Below, one piece after another: positions 10,125 through 20,367 of a stretch of DNA of 64,000 nt. Position 1 is the first letter of the stretch, and every line of letters begins with the position of its first letter. Source of the DNA: Caldisphaera sp. (GTDB taxonomy: Archaea > Thermoproteota > Thermoprotei_A > Sulfolobales > Acidilobaceae); NCBI GenBank assembly GCA_049971805.1, contig JBMFKU010000004.1, positions 18,462 to 82,461 on the forward strand, written 5' to 3'. The notes beneath the pieces were generated by a model, which was given only the letters and a program-made list of their open reading frames with translations, was not told the origin of the DNA and did not search any database. Made by a program: the position numbers and the translations under genes.

Positions 10125-10622
10125 CTAAAGCTCTTCATGGTGTTGAGTAGGTCGGAGTAACTTAGCTTCACTTATTATTCTTCTTATATTTTTCCAATGA
10201 CTCCCTTCCCAATAAATTTGACCACATGAATTACACAAATAGAAAACATCATGATTTTTCAATGCTGCAGGTGGAACTCTACTTTTAATTACATTTTTGT
10301 CAGTTATTTTTACTAATTTTCCATTGCATTCTGGACATCTGCTTTTTTCTGGATTTACATCTAATTCAATAATTTTTTTAACATATAGATCTGCTAATAT
10401 CTGTGCTGGTTTTAATGAATCTATAAAAATAACATCTAGGTTGAGCTTTTTCGCTTTATAATATAATCCTTTATCACCTGTTAATATAGTTCTTCTTGAT
10501 TTTTTAGCTATATCTATAATTTGATTATCGCTATAATCTCTAGAGTATAACACGTCATAACCTAGAATCCTTAGCCATTTTGTTAATTTCCCCAACATAG
10601 CATCTGTTATATATTTAGTCAA
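10125..10622 (-). CDS. Mut7-C/DUF82 PIN-like RNase with Zn ribbon
   Basis: DAMLGKLTKWLRILGYD, RCPECN and CNSCGQIYWEGSH. Confidence 0.9.
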   Translation of the reverse strand: MTKYITDAMLGKLTKWLRILGYDVLYSRDYSDNQIIDIAKKSRRTILTGDKGLYYKAKKLNLDVIFIDSLKPAQILADLYVKKIIELDVNPEKSRCPECNGKLVKITDKNVIKSRVPPAALKNHDVFYLCNSCGQIYWEGSHWKNIRRIISEAKLLRPTQHHEEL

Positions 10623-10810
10623 TTCTAATTCCCCTAGTTTTAATAATGAAGAATAACAATAAGTTTATATGAACAATTTACTATATTTTAACTACAACAA
10701 AGCTACTAGGTAAGAGCCTTAATTAATATTAAGAAGATCATACGTAAATATGTTTTTGGTATTAATGTATTATTGGGAAATATAATACGACAAAATTAAA
10801 ATGAAGATTA

Positions 10811-12580
10811 TTGCTTAAAAGTTTAAATATTGCTAGATATTTAATTAAAATTGCAAGGGCGAAATACTTGCTTATTATTAAAGATATGATATTAATTATA
10901 ATTATAATAATATCAATATCATTATTATTAATGAGAAAGCTAAGGCACGATATAATTGGAGTAGCTACAATGGTTGCATTGGTTCTATTAGGGTATATAT
11001 CGCCACAAAACGCATTAGATAATTTTGGTTCCATTACAATTATAGTTTTTATATCAACTATGATAATAAGTGGGACTTTAGCTGATTCTGGATTGCTTGA
11101 AATATTAGGTAATATTTTGGCATCAAAGATAAAAAGCGAGAAAATTTTATTATTAGTACTGCTTTTTCTTATAGTTGTAGCATCAGGTTTTGTTAGTGAT
11201 GTAGCATTAACTCTAGCATTTATGCCATTAATCTATTCAATATCATCAAGACTAAATAAGCATTCATCAAAATATCTTCTGCCATTAGCTTATTCCGCTA
11301 TACTTGGGGGAAGATACACATTAATTGGAACCTCATCGAACATAATTATAGCTAATGAATGGTATAATAAATTTGGTACTCAATTAAATATATTACAGTT
11401 TGCTAAAATAGGTTTAATAGAATCATTTATTAGTGTAATAATAATAATTTTAGTAATTGTACCAATAATAGGTAAAGGAGGCAGCGAAATTACTTCTTTG
11501 AAGCAAATATCAGTTTCTGATTATATAATAGAGGCTCAAATAACTGGAGAAAGCAATTTTAAAGGAAAAAGCCTGAAAAGTGTGGAGAAAGCCTTAGGAG
11601 TTAAAGTAATTAGAGTGATTTCACCTTGGAGATTTATTGGATCATCAAGAAAACTTAAGGAAGGAGATATTTTAGTATTAAGGATTAGACCTGATCAACT
11701 ACCATTATTGTTATCCTCTAAGGGGTTAAAGATAACAGAAAAGAGCGAACAAGAAAAACAGTTTTTTGAGTTGTTAATTACAAGTTCTTCTAAAATAATT
11801 AATAGAAGGATTAGTGAGCTACAATTAGAAGAGAGGTATAATGTATCTATAATAGGAGTTGCGTCTGGAAGAAGTCTCTATAGAATTTCCGATTATACAT
11901 TAAGTTCCGGTGATGTACTATTAGTTCAAGGAAAAGAAGAGGATGTAGCTAAACTAGCAAGTGTTTATACTCTTATGCCCCTAGCAGGAAAAGGACCTAA
12001 GCCTTTTGATAAAAGAAAAGCCATTATGGCTATCACAGGATTAGGTTTAGCCATTGCTATAAGTTATCTTGGCATTAGCTTATCAATTTCATTTCTAACA
12101 GGCGCATTAATTTCTTCGCTTAGTGGGCTAAGCACTGTAAGGAAGCTCTATGACTACATAGAATGGCCTGCAGTTATATTTATAGGATCTTATTTAACTA
12201 TAGGGGAAGTTATGGAATCAAGCGGTTTAACCGGAATAATTGGATTGTTTATACATAATTCCCCTATAATTCTTTTCTTAGTTGCATTAATATTATCCAA
12301 TACTATAGGATATGTAGCTACAGCAATAATTTTAGCACCTGTAGCTCTGTCCTTCCCAAATCCATTATTAGGGGCAACAATATTATCTATGAGCGTTTCT
12401 TCTCCATTTTTAACTCCGTTTGCCCATCAGGCAAATTTAATAGTTTACAGCGCAGCTGGATATAAAATAAGAGATTATCTAATATCAGGTTCAATTATTA
12501 TTGTAGTAATAATGTTTATTACATTTTATTATTTCCATTTGATTCCAATAGCTCAAATATATTTTAACCATTATTCATAG
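10811..12580 (+). CDS. SLC13/CitMHS-type permease with TrkA-C domains
   Basis: SGFVSD, LGGRYTLIGTSSNII and TPFAHQANLIV with central soluble RCK-C domains; start may be nearer 10886. Confidence 0.85.
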   Translation: MLKSLNIARYLIKIARAKYLLIIKDMILIIIIIISISLLLMRKLRHDIIGVATMVALVLLGYISPQNALDNFGSITIIVFISTMIISGTLADSGLLEILGNILASKIKSEKILLLVLLFLIVVASGFVSDVALTLAFMPLIYSISSRLNKHSSKYLLPLAYSAILGGRYTLIGTSSNIIIANEWYNKFGTQLNILQFAKIGLIESFISVIIIILVIVPIIGKGGSEITSLKQISVSDYIIEAQITGESNFKGKSLKSVEKALGVKVIRVISPWRFIGSSRKLKEGDILVLRIRPDQLPLLLSSKGLKITEKSEQEKQFFELLITSSSKIINRRISELQLEERYNVSIIGVASGRSLYRISDYTLSSGDVLLVQGKEEDVAKLASVYTLMPLAGKGPKPFDKRKAIMAITGLGLAIAISYLGISLSISFLTGALISSLSGLSTVRKLYDYIEWPAVIFIGSYLTIGEVMESSGLTGIIGLFIHNSPIILFLVALILSNTIGYVATAIILAPVALSFPNPLLGATILSMSVSSPFLTPFAHQANLIVYSAAGYKIRDYLISGSIIIVVIMFITFYYFHLIPIAQIYFNHYS

Positions 12581-12632
12581 AATTATTAAAACTATTAAAA
12601 TTAATTTTAACAATATAAAAAATTGTTTGCTC

Positions 12633-13751
12633 TTATCTATTATATGCTTTTGTTCTTTTTGAATTTTTCTCAATATAATCAACATTAACCTCTACTCCTA
12701 TCCCTGGCTTTTCTGGTGCTGTAATGGTACCATCTTTATTTAATATCCATGGCGGATCAACTATATCTTTTTCATAATATTTATCGCTTGCACTTATATC
12801 GCTAGGATATTTTACTCCTGGTAATGTTGCGGCAGCAACTAAATGCCCTCTACCAATCCCTGTTTCTAGCATACCGCCTATCCAAACTGGTCTATTGGCT
12901 ACCTTATACCAAAAATCATGTATCTTAGTTGTTTCACTTAATCCTCCAACTCTGCCTGGCTTTATATTTATAATCATAGCAGAACCTAATTGGTATGCTT
13001 TCCTTGCATCGTTTACATCCTCTATGCTTTCGTCTAAACAAATTGGTGTCTTAATATGTTTTGCTAACTCTGCATGATCTACTAAATCCTTCCAATGTAA
13101 AGGTTGTTCGACCATTAACAATTTATATTCATCAATTTTTCTAAACAATTCCATATCTGTAATTTTGTAAGCAGAGTTTGCATCTACTTGAAATGGCAAA
13201 TTATAACCAAATTCTTCCCTTACTTTACTAATAGGCTCTAAATCATAACCTGGCTTAATTTTAATTTTAATTCTTCTATATCCCTTTTCTAAAAAATAAC
13301 CAACCCTTTTTATTAGTTCACCAGTGTTCTTTTGAATTCCTATACTTACACCGCTCACAATATATTTGTTTTCTCCACCTAAATATTTCCATAAAGGTTT
13401 GCTATTTAATTTTGCCTCTAAGTCCCACAAAGCCATTTCAAGACCTGCTTTAGCCATATTATGGCCTCTTATATTAGATACAAGCTCATTATATTTTTCT
13501 GTATTTAAATCTTTTTCATTAATAATCTTTGGTATAATAAATTCATTCAATATATGCCATGCTGTTTCCCAAGTTTCATAGCTATACCAAGGTCCCTCGC
13601 CTGCAACTGATTCTGCCCACCCTTCTTCACCGCTTTTATCTTCAACTCTTATTAATAATGCTGGTCTTTCAACAGTTTTACCAAAACTTGTTTCAAAGTC
13701 TTCTTTTAGTTTAACCCATAGCTCATATAAATCTATTCTTTTTATATCCAT
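12633..13751 (-). CDS. menC: o-Succinylbenzoate synthase / N-succinylamino acid racemase (enolase superfamily)
   Basis: KIKIKPG, VDANSAY, EQP, LDES, NIKPGRVGG and GGMLETG. Confidence 0.85.
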   Translation of the reverse strand: MDIKRIDLYELWVKLKEDFETSFGKTVERPALLIRVEDKSGEEGWAESVAGEGPWYSYETWETAWHILNEFIIPKIINEKDLNTEKYNELVSNIRGHNMAKAGLEMALWDLEAKLNSKPLWKYLGGENKYIVSGVSIGIQKNTGELIKRVGYFLEKGYRRIKIKIKPGYDLEPISKVREEFGYNLPFQVDANSAYKITDMELFRKIDEYKLLMVEQPLHWKDLVDHAELAKHIKTPICLDESIEDVNDARKAYQLGSAMIINIKPGRVGGLSETTKIHDFWYKVANRPVWIGGMLETGIGRGHLVAAATLPGVKYPSDISASDKYYEKDIVDPPWILNKDGTITAPEKPGIGVEVNVDYIEKNSKRTKAYNR

Positions 13752-14620
13752 GTATTACCACCCAATAAACTGTTTAGATCCGTCTTTAATAAAACTACAT
13801 AACCATATTTTTCCTTATTTTTAGCAAATCCAACTGCTATGTATCCATTGCTTAAATAGAATTTATAGGCCTCTCTAGTATAAGATCTCCATAAATTAGC
13901 TATATTTTTATCAAAATTCTTTATCTTTGAAATTTCTCTGGGTATAGCTATCAAAATTATCTTCTTTAGATCAAAATTCTTCCTTATTGGTATCTCTATA
14001 TTTGATTCAATTGATCTATCTAATGCTATATTTATATCTTTCTTAGTTAATTCCTCTATTGATGGAGTCTTTAATGCACTTCTTAATTTATTTAAAACAT
14101 AGTTAGATGATATATACCATTCTGCTTCAAATCTATCTGTATCTAATCCTTCATTAATTGAATCTCTTATATTGCCATAATAGTTTTCTTTATATATTCT
14201 GGCGATAGCTCCTAGCTTTTCTAAATTAAAGTTAAGGTTTAAACCTTGCAATGGATCAAAGGTCCATTTAATAACTTTAATTCCCATTTTTAGAACTTCT
14301 TCTCTTTGATATAATTTTAGCTGATACCCGATGTTTTTGTATTTTTTATCTTCTAAAACCCCTGTCATGTGACTATAAAAATATTGTGATTCTCCACAAC
14401 CTACAATCCAACCCATTGAAAAACCAATCATAGTTTCTTTATCATATGCTCCTATTATTAATCCTCCATTTTCATTTATGGCTTTTAAAACATGAACTGG
14501 TGTAGTCTCTTTATAATCTGGCATTCCCCAAGCAGATTTTTCTATTTCAACAATTTTTTCAAGATCTCTTACATCATATATTTTTCTTATTTTGACTGGT
14601 TCTTTCAAGGATTTCACCAA
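13742..14620 (-). CDS. GNAT acyltransferase, D-amino-acid N-succinyltransferase-like
   Basis: YSHMTGV, WTFDPL..N..FN..KLGA and TDRF.AEW; overlaps the NSAR gene. Confidence 0.8.
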   Translation of the reverse strand: MVKSLKEPVKIRKIYDVRDLEKIVEIEKSAWGMPDYKETTPVHVLKAINENGGLIIGAYDKETMIGFSMGWIVGCGESQYFYSHMTGVLEDKKYKNIGYQLKLYQREEVLKMGIKVIKWTFDPLQGLNLNFNLEKLGAIARIYKENYYGNIRDSINEGLDTDRFEAEWYISSNYVLNKLRSALKTPSIEELTKKDINIALDRSIESNIEIPIRKNFDLKKIILIAIPREISKIKNFDKNIANLWRSYTREAYKFYLSNGYIAVGFAKNKEKYGYVVLLKTDLNSLLGGNTWI

Positions 14621-14749
14621 AATAAATTGTTTTATTTTTAAATTTAAACTTTATTGTAAGACGATATTTTAAGCTAATAATATCATATATAGCTTTATAT
14701 ATAAGTTTATTAAAAATGAGTATCACATCTTATTATTCTGGGTATTAGG

Positions 14750-15739
14750 ATGGAATACAGAGAATTTGGAAAAACAAAGCTAAAAATAAGTAAAGTTGGT
14801 CTAGGTTTTATGGAGATAGGATCAACATCATGGAAAGGTAAAGTTGAGAAATCTATAGAAATAATAAAGGCAGCTCTTGAAGTGGGAATTAACTTTTTTG
14901 ATACAGCTGAAATTTATGGAGATGGTAAAAGCGAACAATCTCTTGGATTAGCTTTAAGAGAACTAAAGCATGCTGATAATGTTATTATTGCAACTAAAGT
15001 TGGTGGTTTTAGGCCTACTCGGTATTTTATAGAAAAAGGTATTATCGGCTCTATAAGAAGGCTTGGCATAAAGCCAACTTTATTGCAACTACATTGGCCT
15101 CCTCCTTCATGGATACCATTATGTGAAACAATAAAAGGTTTAGAAAAAATGATAGATAAAGGATTTGTTGACTATATAGGGGTATCAAATTTTTCTGGCA
15201 AGTTACTTAGCAAGGCACTTCATTGCACTAAAAAATATGAAATAATATCAGATCAAATAGAATACAATCTTGTCTATAGAACTCCTGAAATAGATTTGAT
15301 ACCTTTAGCTCAAAAAGAAAGAATTGAAATAATTGCATATAGTCCTTTAGCAAAAGGAGCTTTAGCTGGCATAAAAAAACCCACAGCAATAGCTCAAAGA
15401 TTTGATGGAAAATTCAAAAAAATTATAGAAGATAAAGAATTGTTTGGCGTAATAGAAAAAATAAGTCAAGAAAAGAATGTAAAAAAATCACAGATTGCCT
15501 TAGTATGGCTAATAAATAAAAATTCTTTACCAATACCAGGAACAAGAAATTCTGAAAGAGTTTTTGATTTTGCTGATTCTGTTAACATTTATTTAGATAG
15601 CAAAGAATTAAATTTGTTAGACAAGGTCTCGTACAGATATATTACTATTTGGGGAAACGAGTATAGTAATTTAAAAAGCTTGAGGTATGTTCCATGTGTT
15701 TTACAGTACATAGGTATAAAAGCAATTGGAGGGGTTTAA
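14750..15739 (+). CDS. Aldo/keto reductase
   Basis: FDTAEIYG.G.SE, LHWP, IGVSNF and AYSPLAKG. Confidence 0.92.
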   Translation: MEYREFGKTKLKISKVGLGFMEIGSTSWKGKVEKSIEIIKAALEVGINFFDTAEIYGDGKSEQSLGLALRELKHADNVIIATKVGGFRPTRYFIEKGIIGSIRRLGIKPTLLQLHWPPPSWIPLCETIKGLEKMIDKGFVDYIGVSNFSGKLLSKALHCTKKYEIISDQIEYNLVYRTPEIDLIPLAQKERIEIIAYSPLAKGALAGIKKPTAIAQRFDGKFKKIIEDKELFGVIEKISQEKNVKKSQIALVWLINKNSLPIPGTRNSERVFDFADSVNIYLDSKELNLLDKVSYRYITIWGNEYSNLKSLRYVPCVLQYIGIKAIGGV

Positions 15740-15877
15740 TTAAATGTATTAACAATTTTTAAGATTGATGGTACAATAAAATGCTAATTATTATTTCGCT
15801 CGAACATGCTATTATTAGCTCATTTAAATTCACTTTAATAAACCTATAAATTTTGAGTTACTACTATTAGTAGTAAG

Positions 15878-16522
15878 GTGGTAAGCATGAAAAATTCTGA
15901 AGTTTTAAGAGAAAGTGTTGGTGATCTGTGGGATAATTATATAAGGCATAAGTTTGTTTTAGATATGAAAGAAGGTACCTTGCCATTAGATAACTTTAAA
16001 TATTTTATGATTCAAGACTCTAAGTATGTTAATATAATGCTAAGGTCATTGCTAAATGCATCTAGTAAGGGACCATTAAGTGATGTAATTAATATATTAA
16101 ATGCTATCTTTGGATCAAGAGATAAAGGATTAGAGGCAGAAAGTGAAATTCTGAGTAAATTAGGCATCGATGAATCGACTATAAATAACACCGGTTATAA
16201 TTTAATTAACTATGCATATACAAGACATTTATTTTATTATTCTAACTTAGGATGGGATTATTTTTTAGCTGCATGGACTCCTTGTATGTGGGGATACATT
16301 TTTGTGGGGAAGATTGTAAAGGATTCGCCCAATGAAATCTATAAGACTTGGGCATCATTTTATGCTTCAAAGGATTATGAAAATAGAGTTAAAGTTATTT
16401 TAGATGCATTAAATTCCATCAAAATAAATAACACATTAAAGGAAATCTTTAAAGATAGTGTAAATTTTGAGATAATGTTTTGGGATGCATCGCTAAGAAA
16501 AGATCCAACAAATATTTTTTAA
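15878..16522 (+). CDS. tenA: TenA/THI-4 family thiamine salvage protein
   Basis: H.FV..M..GTL, FKYFMIQD, PCMWGY and FWD. Confidence 0.85.
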   Translation: MVSMKNSEVLRESVGDLWDNYIRHKFVLDMKEGTLPLDNFKYFMIQDSKYVNIMLRSLLNASSKGPLSDVINILNAIFGSRDKGLEAESEILSKLGIDESTINNTGYNLINYAYTRHLFYYSNLGWDYFLAAWTPCMWGYIFVGKIVKDSPNEIYKTWASFYASKDYENRVKVILDALNSIKINNTLKEIFKDSVNFEIMFWDASLRKDPTNIF

Positions 16523-17697
16523 ATGGCTTTAAATCTTTCATCCCATTGCTCATATATTTTTAGCATTTCTTTGCTAACACTAGGCTTTCTCGATCTTATT
16601 GCCTCTGAAAAATCTTCAATAGTTAATGGTCTAACCACATCGCTTTTACCATCTGATTCAAAATATTCTCTTACAGATCTCATATAAGCATCTTGGACTA
16701 TATCCCTTATATCGCTCCCTGAATAGCCATCCAACAGATCGGCTAATCTATCAAAATCAACACTATTATCTAACTTTATTTTAGATGTTAACATATCTAA
16801 AAGTTTAATTCTGGCTTCTTTGTTAGGTAATGGAACATATATTCTCTTCTGGAATCTTCTTATAAATGGCTCATCTAATGCCCATGGTTTATTTGTAGCA
16901 CCTATAACGTATACGTGCAGTGTTTGAGATTTATCCTGTAATCCATCCATTTCTTTCAGGAATTGATTTCTTACTCTAACTTCTCCTCCTACCTCATTGG
17001 AATGCACTCCTAATAACGCATCTAGTTCATCTATAAATATTATAACAGGACTTTTTTCGGATGCTTTACTTCTGGCATAATCAAAAACCTTTCTTACATT
17101 TTTTTCTCCTTCTCCTAGCCATTTACTCATTATATTAGTTGCATCCAGATATATGAATTCGCCCTTTATTTCGTTTGTGACAGCTGCTGCAAGCATTGTT
17201 TTTCCTGTTCCTGGAGGCCCATAAAGCAATATACCTCTAGGCCAGCCTAGAGGGAATAGATCAGGCCTTTTGACTGGATATATTATTGCCTCTCTTATAG
17301 CCCTTTTTGCATCATCTAAACCAGCTATATCATCAAATGTTACGCTAGGTTTCTCTTTTAATACAAATTCAGGTAAGTTTTCTACTATAGAATTACCCTT
17401 TATTTCAACTTTAATTTCATCAGGTAAACCTTCTCCTATAGCCTGACTTGCTTTACTCTCTATGTACTTTAGTCTTAGGTTTAGCTCATAAATAGTCTTT
17501 TTATATAGTTTGGTCATAGGATGTTCTGGATAGTTTCTTACTATTTCCTCTAATGCTTCAATACCCTTCTTATATTTATCAATTGCTGTCTCATAATCCT
17601 TATTTCTTTCAGCGTCTAATGCTTCTTGTATTTTCCTTCTAGCAGTTTGCTCCAACATAGCGACTGGGTTAGTTTCATTCATATTTTCTTCCTCCAA
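16519..17697 (-). CDS. cdvC: Vps4-like MIT + AAA ATPase (cell division CdvC)
   Basis: N-terminal MIT helices; LGWPRGILLYGPPGTGKT, DELD and ATNKPW; directly downstream of an ESCRT-III gene. Confidence 0.92.
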   Translation of the reverse strand: MEEENMNETNPVAMLEQTARRKIQEALDAERNKDYETAIDKYKKGIEALEEIVRNYPEHPMTKLYKKTIYELNLRLKYIESKASQAIGEGLPDEIKVEIKGNSIVENLPEFVLKEKPSVTFDDIAGLDDAKRAIREAIIYPVKRPDLFPLGWPRGILLYGPPGTGKTMLAAAVTNEIKGEFIYLDATNIMSKWLGEGEKNVRKVFDYARSKASEKSPVIIFIDELDALLGVHSNEVGGEVRVRNQFLKEMDGLQDKSQTLHVYVIGATNKPWALDEPFIRRFQKRIYVPLPNKEARIKLLDMLTSKIKLDNSVDFDRLADLLDGYSGSDIRDIVQDAYMRSVREYFESDGKSDVVRPLTIEDFSEAIRSRKPSVSKEMLKIYEQWDERFKAI

Positions 17698-17745
17698 TAC
17701 TATTAGTTATCAAAAAATTTGGTTTAAAGACTGAACGGCTATTCG

Positions 17746-18531
17746 CTAAGTGGTTTGTTGAGTTGGTAAATCTACCTTAATTATACCTCTTGCTTCCAAT
17801 CTATATAGAGTGTCCTTAATTATATTTAATGGTATACCTAATTCCTGTGAAGCCTTCTTTAAACTCAATACCCCATTTGTTTGCCTTATATAGTCTAGGA
17901 CCTTTCTTTCTATAACTTCTGGATCAAAAGAATCTGGCACTCTTGGGGATAATTGATCAGCTTCTTTTTGAGCATTGGCCAGAGCATTGGCCATTAATTC
18001 ACTTGCTTCTGGAAGTAACTCAGAAATGCTACTTCCTTGCGGGATTGCGTTTGTTATCACACCAGCCTTTCTTATAACGCCTTCTGTCGCTTCTATTACA
18101 TTGCTTAAAGACGTTACCGCCTGCGGAGCCAATCCAGTCAAATATTCATCCATGGCGCTCATAGCATATTTTAATGGCCCAATTATTTTAATTATGGATT
18201 CTAAATTCCTTGTATCTTGAACTCTTCTGATTGCAAGTTCTATCATATTTCCATAGGCTAAGACAGCCTTTAGAACCTTTTTCTTTAATACAATTTCAGC
18301 CGCATTAATTTCCATGTTTTCTGTATCTTTAGATTTAGCAGAGCTGACCATTTTTTCATAATAACCTTGAATCTCGTTCACAAGGCTTGTTTTAACTCTA
18401 TCAATTTCCATTTTCACTATGCTAAGTTGTGCTAATATTCCATCATAGTCTATTCCTTCTTCTTGTGATAAACTAGTTTCTTTATATGATTGCCCTCTAG
18501 CAAAGAATTTTTTCACTACATCTCCTATCAT
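17746..18531 (-). CDS. cdvB: ESCRT-III/Snf7 protein with C-terminal winged helix (CdvB)
   Basis: Helical Snf7-like core, LLPEA/SPRVP proline segment and C-terminal wHTH (VLDYI...LEARGIIKV). Confidence 0.8.
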   Translation of the reverse strand: MIGDVVKKFFARGQSYKETSLSQEEGIDYDGILAQLSIVKMEIDRVKTSLVNEIQGYYEKMVSSAKSKDTENMEINAAEIVLKKKVLKAVLAYGNMIELAIRRVQDTRNLESIIKIIGPLKYAMSAMDEYLTGLAPQAVTSLSNVIEATEGVIRKAGVITNAIPQGSSISELLPEASELMANALANAQKEADQLSPRVPDSFDPEVIERKVLDYIRQTNGVLSLKKASQELGIPLNIIKDTLYRLEARGIIKVDLPTQQTT

Positions 18532-18681
18532 TTTTTATCCCTCAACTCTATTATTATTTATAATAATAACAGAAATCTTTAACAGTGCTTCCTGGTAACA
18601 CCATATAAATACTATCTTGATAAATAAGCAATGAACTAACTCTAAGGAGTGGAATGGTTAGTTCTTTATTAGCTTTGAAAA

Positions 18682-19407
18682 TTAGAGTTTATTAGCTATT
18701 TCTGGCCTCATTGACCCTGAAAGCAATAAAAGTATACCTGTTATTAATAAAGATGAATCAAATATATTCCATTTTAATAATATAATTAACAATATAGATA
18801 TAGAGGATATAAAAGCTCCTCCCATTACAAGTCCTGCATCTGTTGTAAATGGACATACTGCATTTTCTTGCCTAAAGTAGAATGCCATAATTGAGGATAT
18901 TAGAGCTGAAGAAGCTAGCCCAACAACTGGATTAAAGAATATAGATAATATTGGCAAGATTACAATAATGAATGAGTGTAATCTTTTCGTAACAAATCCT
19001 AAAGAGATTGTGGATATTAGTAAAAAAGAGAAATAGAGTAATTTTTCAATCATTCCTGAGGTAATAAATGCAAGTAAAGATGATATTAGTAATGAAGAAG
19101 TAACTAGCGTTTTGAATTCTTTTATAGAACTATATATTAATAAAATTGTTAATGGAATAAATGCAATAAGCTTTATTGGAGAAAGAATTACTATAATTAA
19201 AGCAATTATTGCTAAAGATATGTAAATTAAATAGTTTTTTAAACTTAGTAAGGTTATTGGCTCAATAATAGTAATTAGAAATACTGCCGATGATAGTATT
19301 ATTATAGGCGAGAAGAATATAGATAATGTAAATAAAAATGCTGATATTGCATAGAACACACATACATACAGCCAAACTCCTTTGCAATAGTTGCTCATAA
19401 ATTTCAC
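18682..19407 (-). CDS. Hypothetical polytopic membrane protein
   Basis: Many TM segments, CPF motif; abuts the ctaB stop with no gap. Confidence 0.7.
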   Translation of the reverse strand: MKFMSNYCKGVWLYVCVFYAISAFLFTLSIFFSPIIILSSAVFLITIIEPITLLSLKNYLIYISLAIIALIIVILSPIKLIAFIPLTILLIYSSIKEFKTLVTSSLLISSLLAFITSGMIEKLLYFSFLLISTISLGFVTKRLHSFIIVILPILSIFFNPVVGLASSALISSIMAFYFRQENAVCPFTTDAGLVMGGAFISSISILLIILLKWNIFDSSLLITGILLLLSGSMRPEIANKL

Positions 19408-20259
19408 CTAGTAAAATCTTGCTAATACAAAGATAACCACTACTACTGAATTTGCAAATTTAAATATAGATAAGGCATCATTTTTAGAAGGTTTACTAAC
19501 AAACTTTCTGATTTTTAAAAGCGCAATTATTACAAGTATTGTTGATATAGAAGCAGCTATTAGCCCCCTATCTAGCAATAAGTAAAAAATCCATGCAATT
19601 ATAGCTAAAGAAGCTACAGACATCATTACTATATTTCCAAAGGTTTTTTCATTTGAAACTACTGATAGCATGGGAATTGAAGCATTTTTGTAGTCTTCTA
19701 AATGATAATAGGCTATAAACCAAATGTGCATGGGAATCCAAGCTATTATTATAAGGGCTAATAATATCCCACCTATTCCATAACTGCCTGTCGCTGCAGC
19801 CCACCCTCCCAAGGAAGGCATCGCACCTGCTATCCCACCTAGCCATATATTCATAGTTGTGCTTCTTTTAGTAAGTTCCGTATACCCTATTATATCGAAG
19901 AAAAGGCCAAGAATAATTGCATATACAACGTATTTATTTATAAAATCAGCCGCAATAATTCCAATTAAAATTAATATAGTAATGCCTGCAATAGCTTCTG
20001 CATTACTTAATTGATGAGATGGTAAAGGTCTATTTTGAGTTCTTTTCATTATTGAATCTATATCAGTCTCTAAATACATATTAAGAGCCGTAACTCCTCC
20101 AATGCCTCCAACCCCGATGGCAATCAGCAATAAAACATCTCTTACATTAACTGGCTTACAGGCTGCAAAATAAGCACCATAAACTGTTAATAGTAATAAA
20201 CCTAACTGTGCTGGTTTTGTCATATTAAATAATGCCTTTACTTTTTTTGCCAGCCTCAT
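19408..20259 (-). CDS. ctaB: Protoheme IX farnesyltransferase (heme O synthase, UbiA family)
   Basis: TKP, N..E.DID.IMKRT.NRPLP, GGIAGAMP and DY..A.IPML. Confidence 0.9.
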   Translation of the reverse strand: MRLAKKVKALFNMTKPAQLGLLLLTVYGAYFAACKPVNVRDVLLLIAIGVGGIGGVTALNMYLETDIDSIMKRTQNRPLPSHQLSNAEAIAGITILILIGIIAADFINKYVVYAIILGLFFDIIGYTELTKRSTTMNIWLGGIAGAMPSLGGWAAATGSYGIGGILLALIIIAWIPMHIWFIAYYHLEDYKNASIPMLSVVSNEKTFGNIVMMSVASLAIIAWIFYLLLDRGLIAASISTILVIIALLKIRKFVSKPSKNDALSIFKFANSVVVVIFVLARFY

Positions 20260-20367
20260 TGTTTTCCCCGTTTTTTAAATCTTGTTTATCTTAAATAGAT
20301 AAATTTATACTTAACTAAACATTAAAAGAGAAAATTTAACGCTCTTAATAAACATCGCAATTTATGA

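Noticed and set aside
18630-18666. GAACTAAC/GTTAGTTC inverted repeat upstream of cdvB as an sRNA
   Set aside because: An 8-bp stem alone, without box motifs, is insufficient; it may be a terminator or operator.
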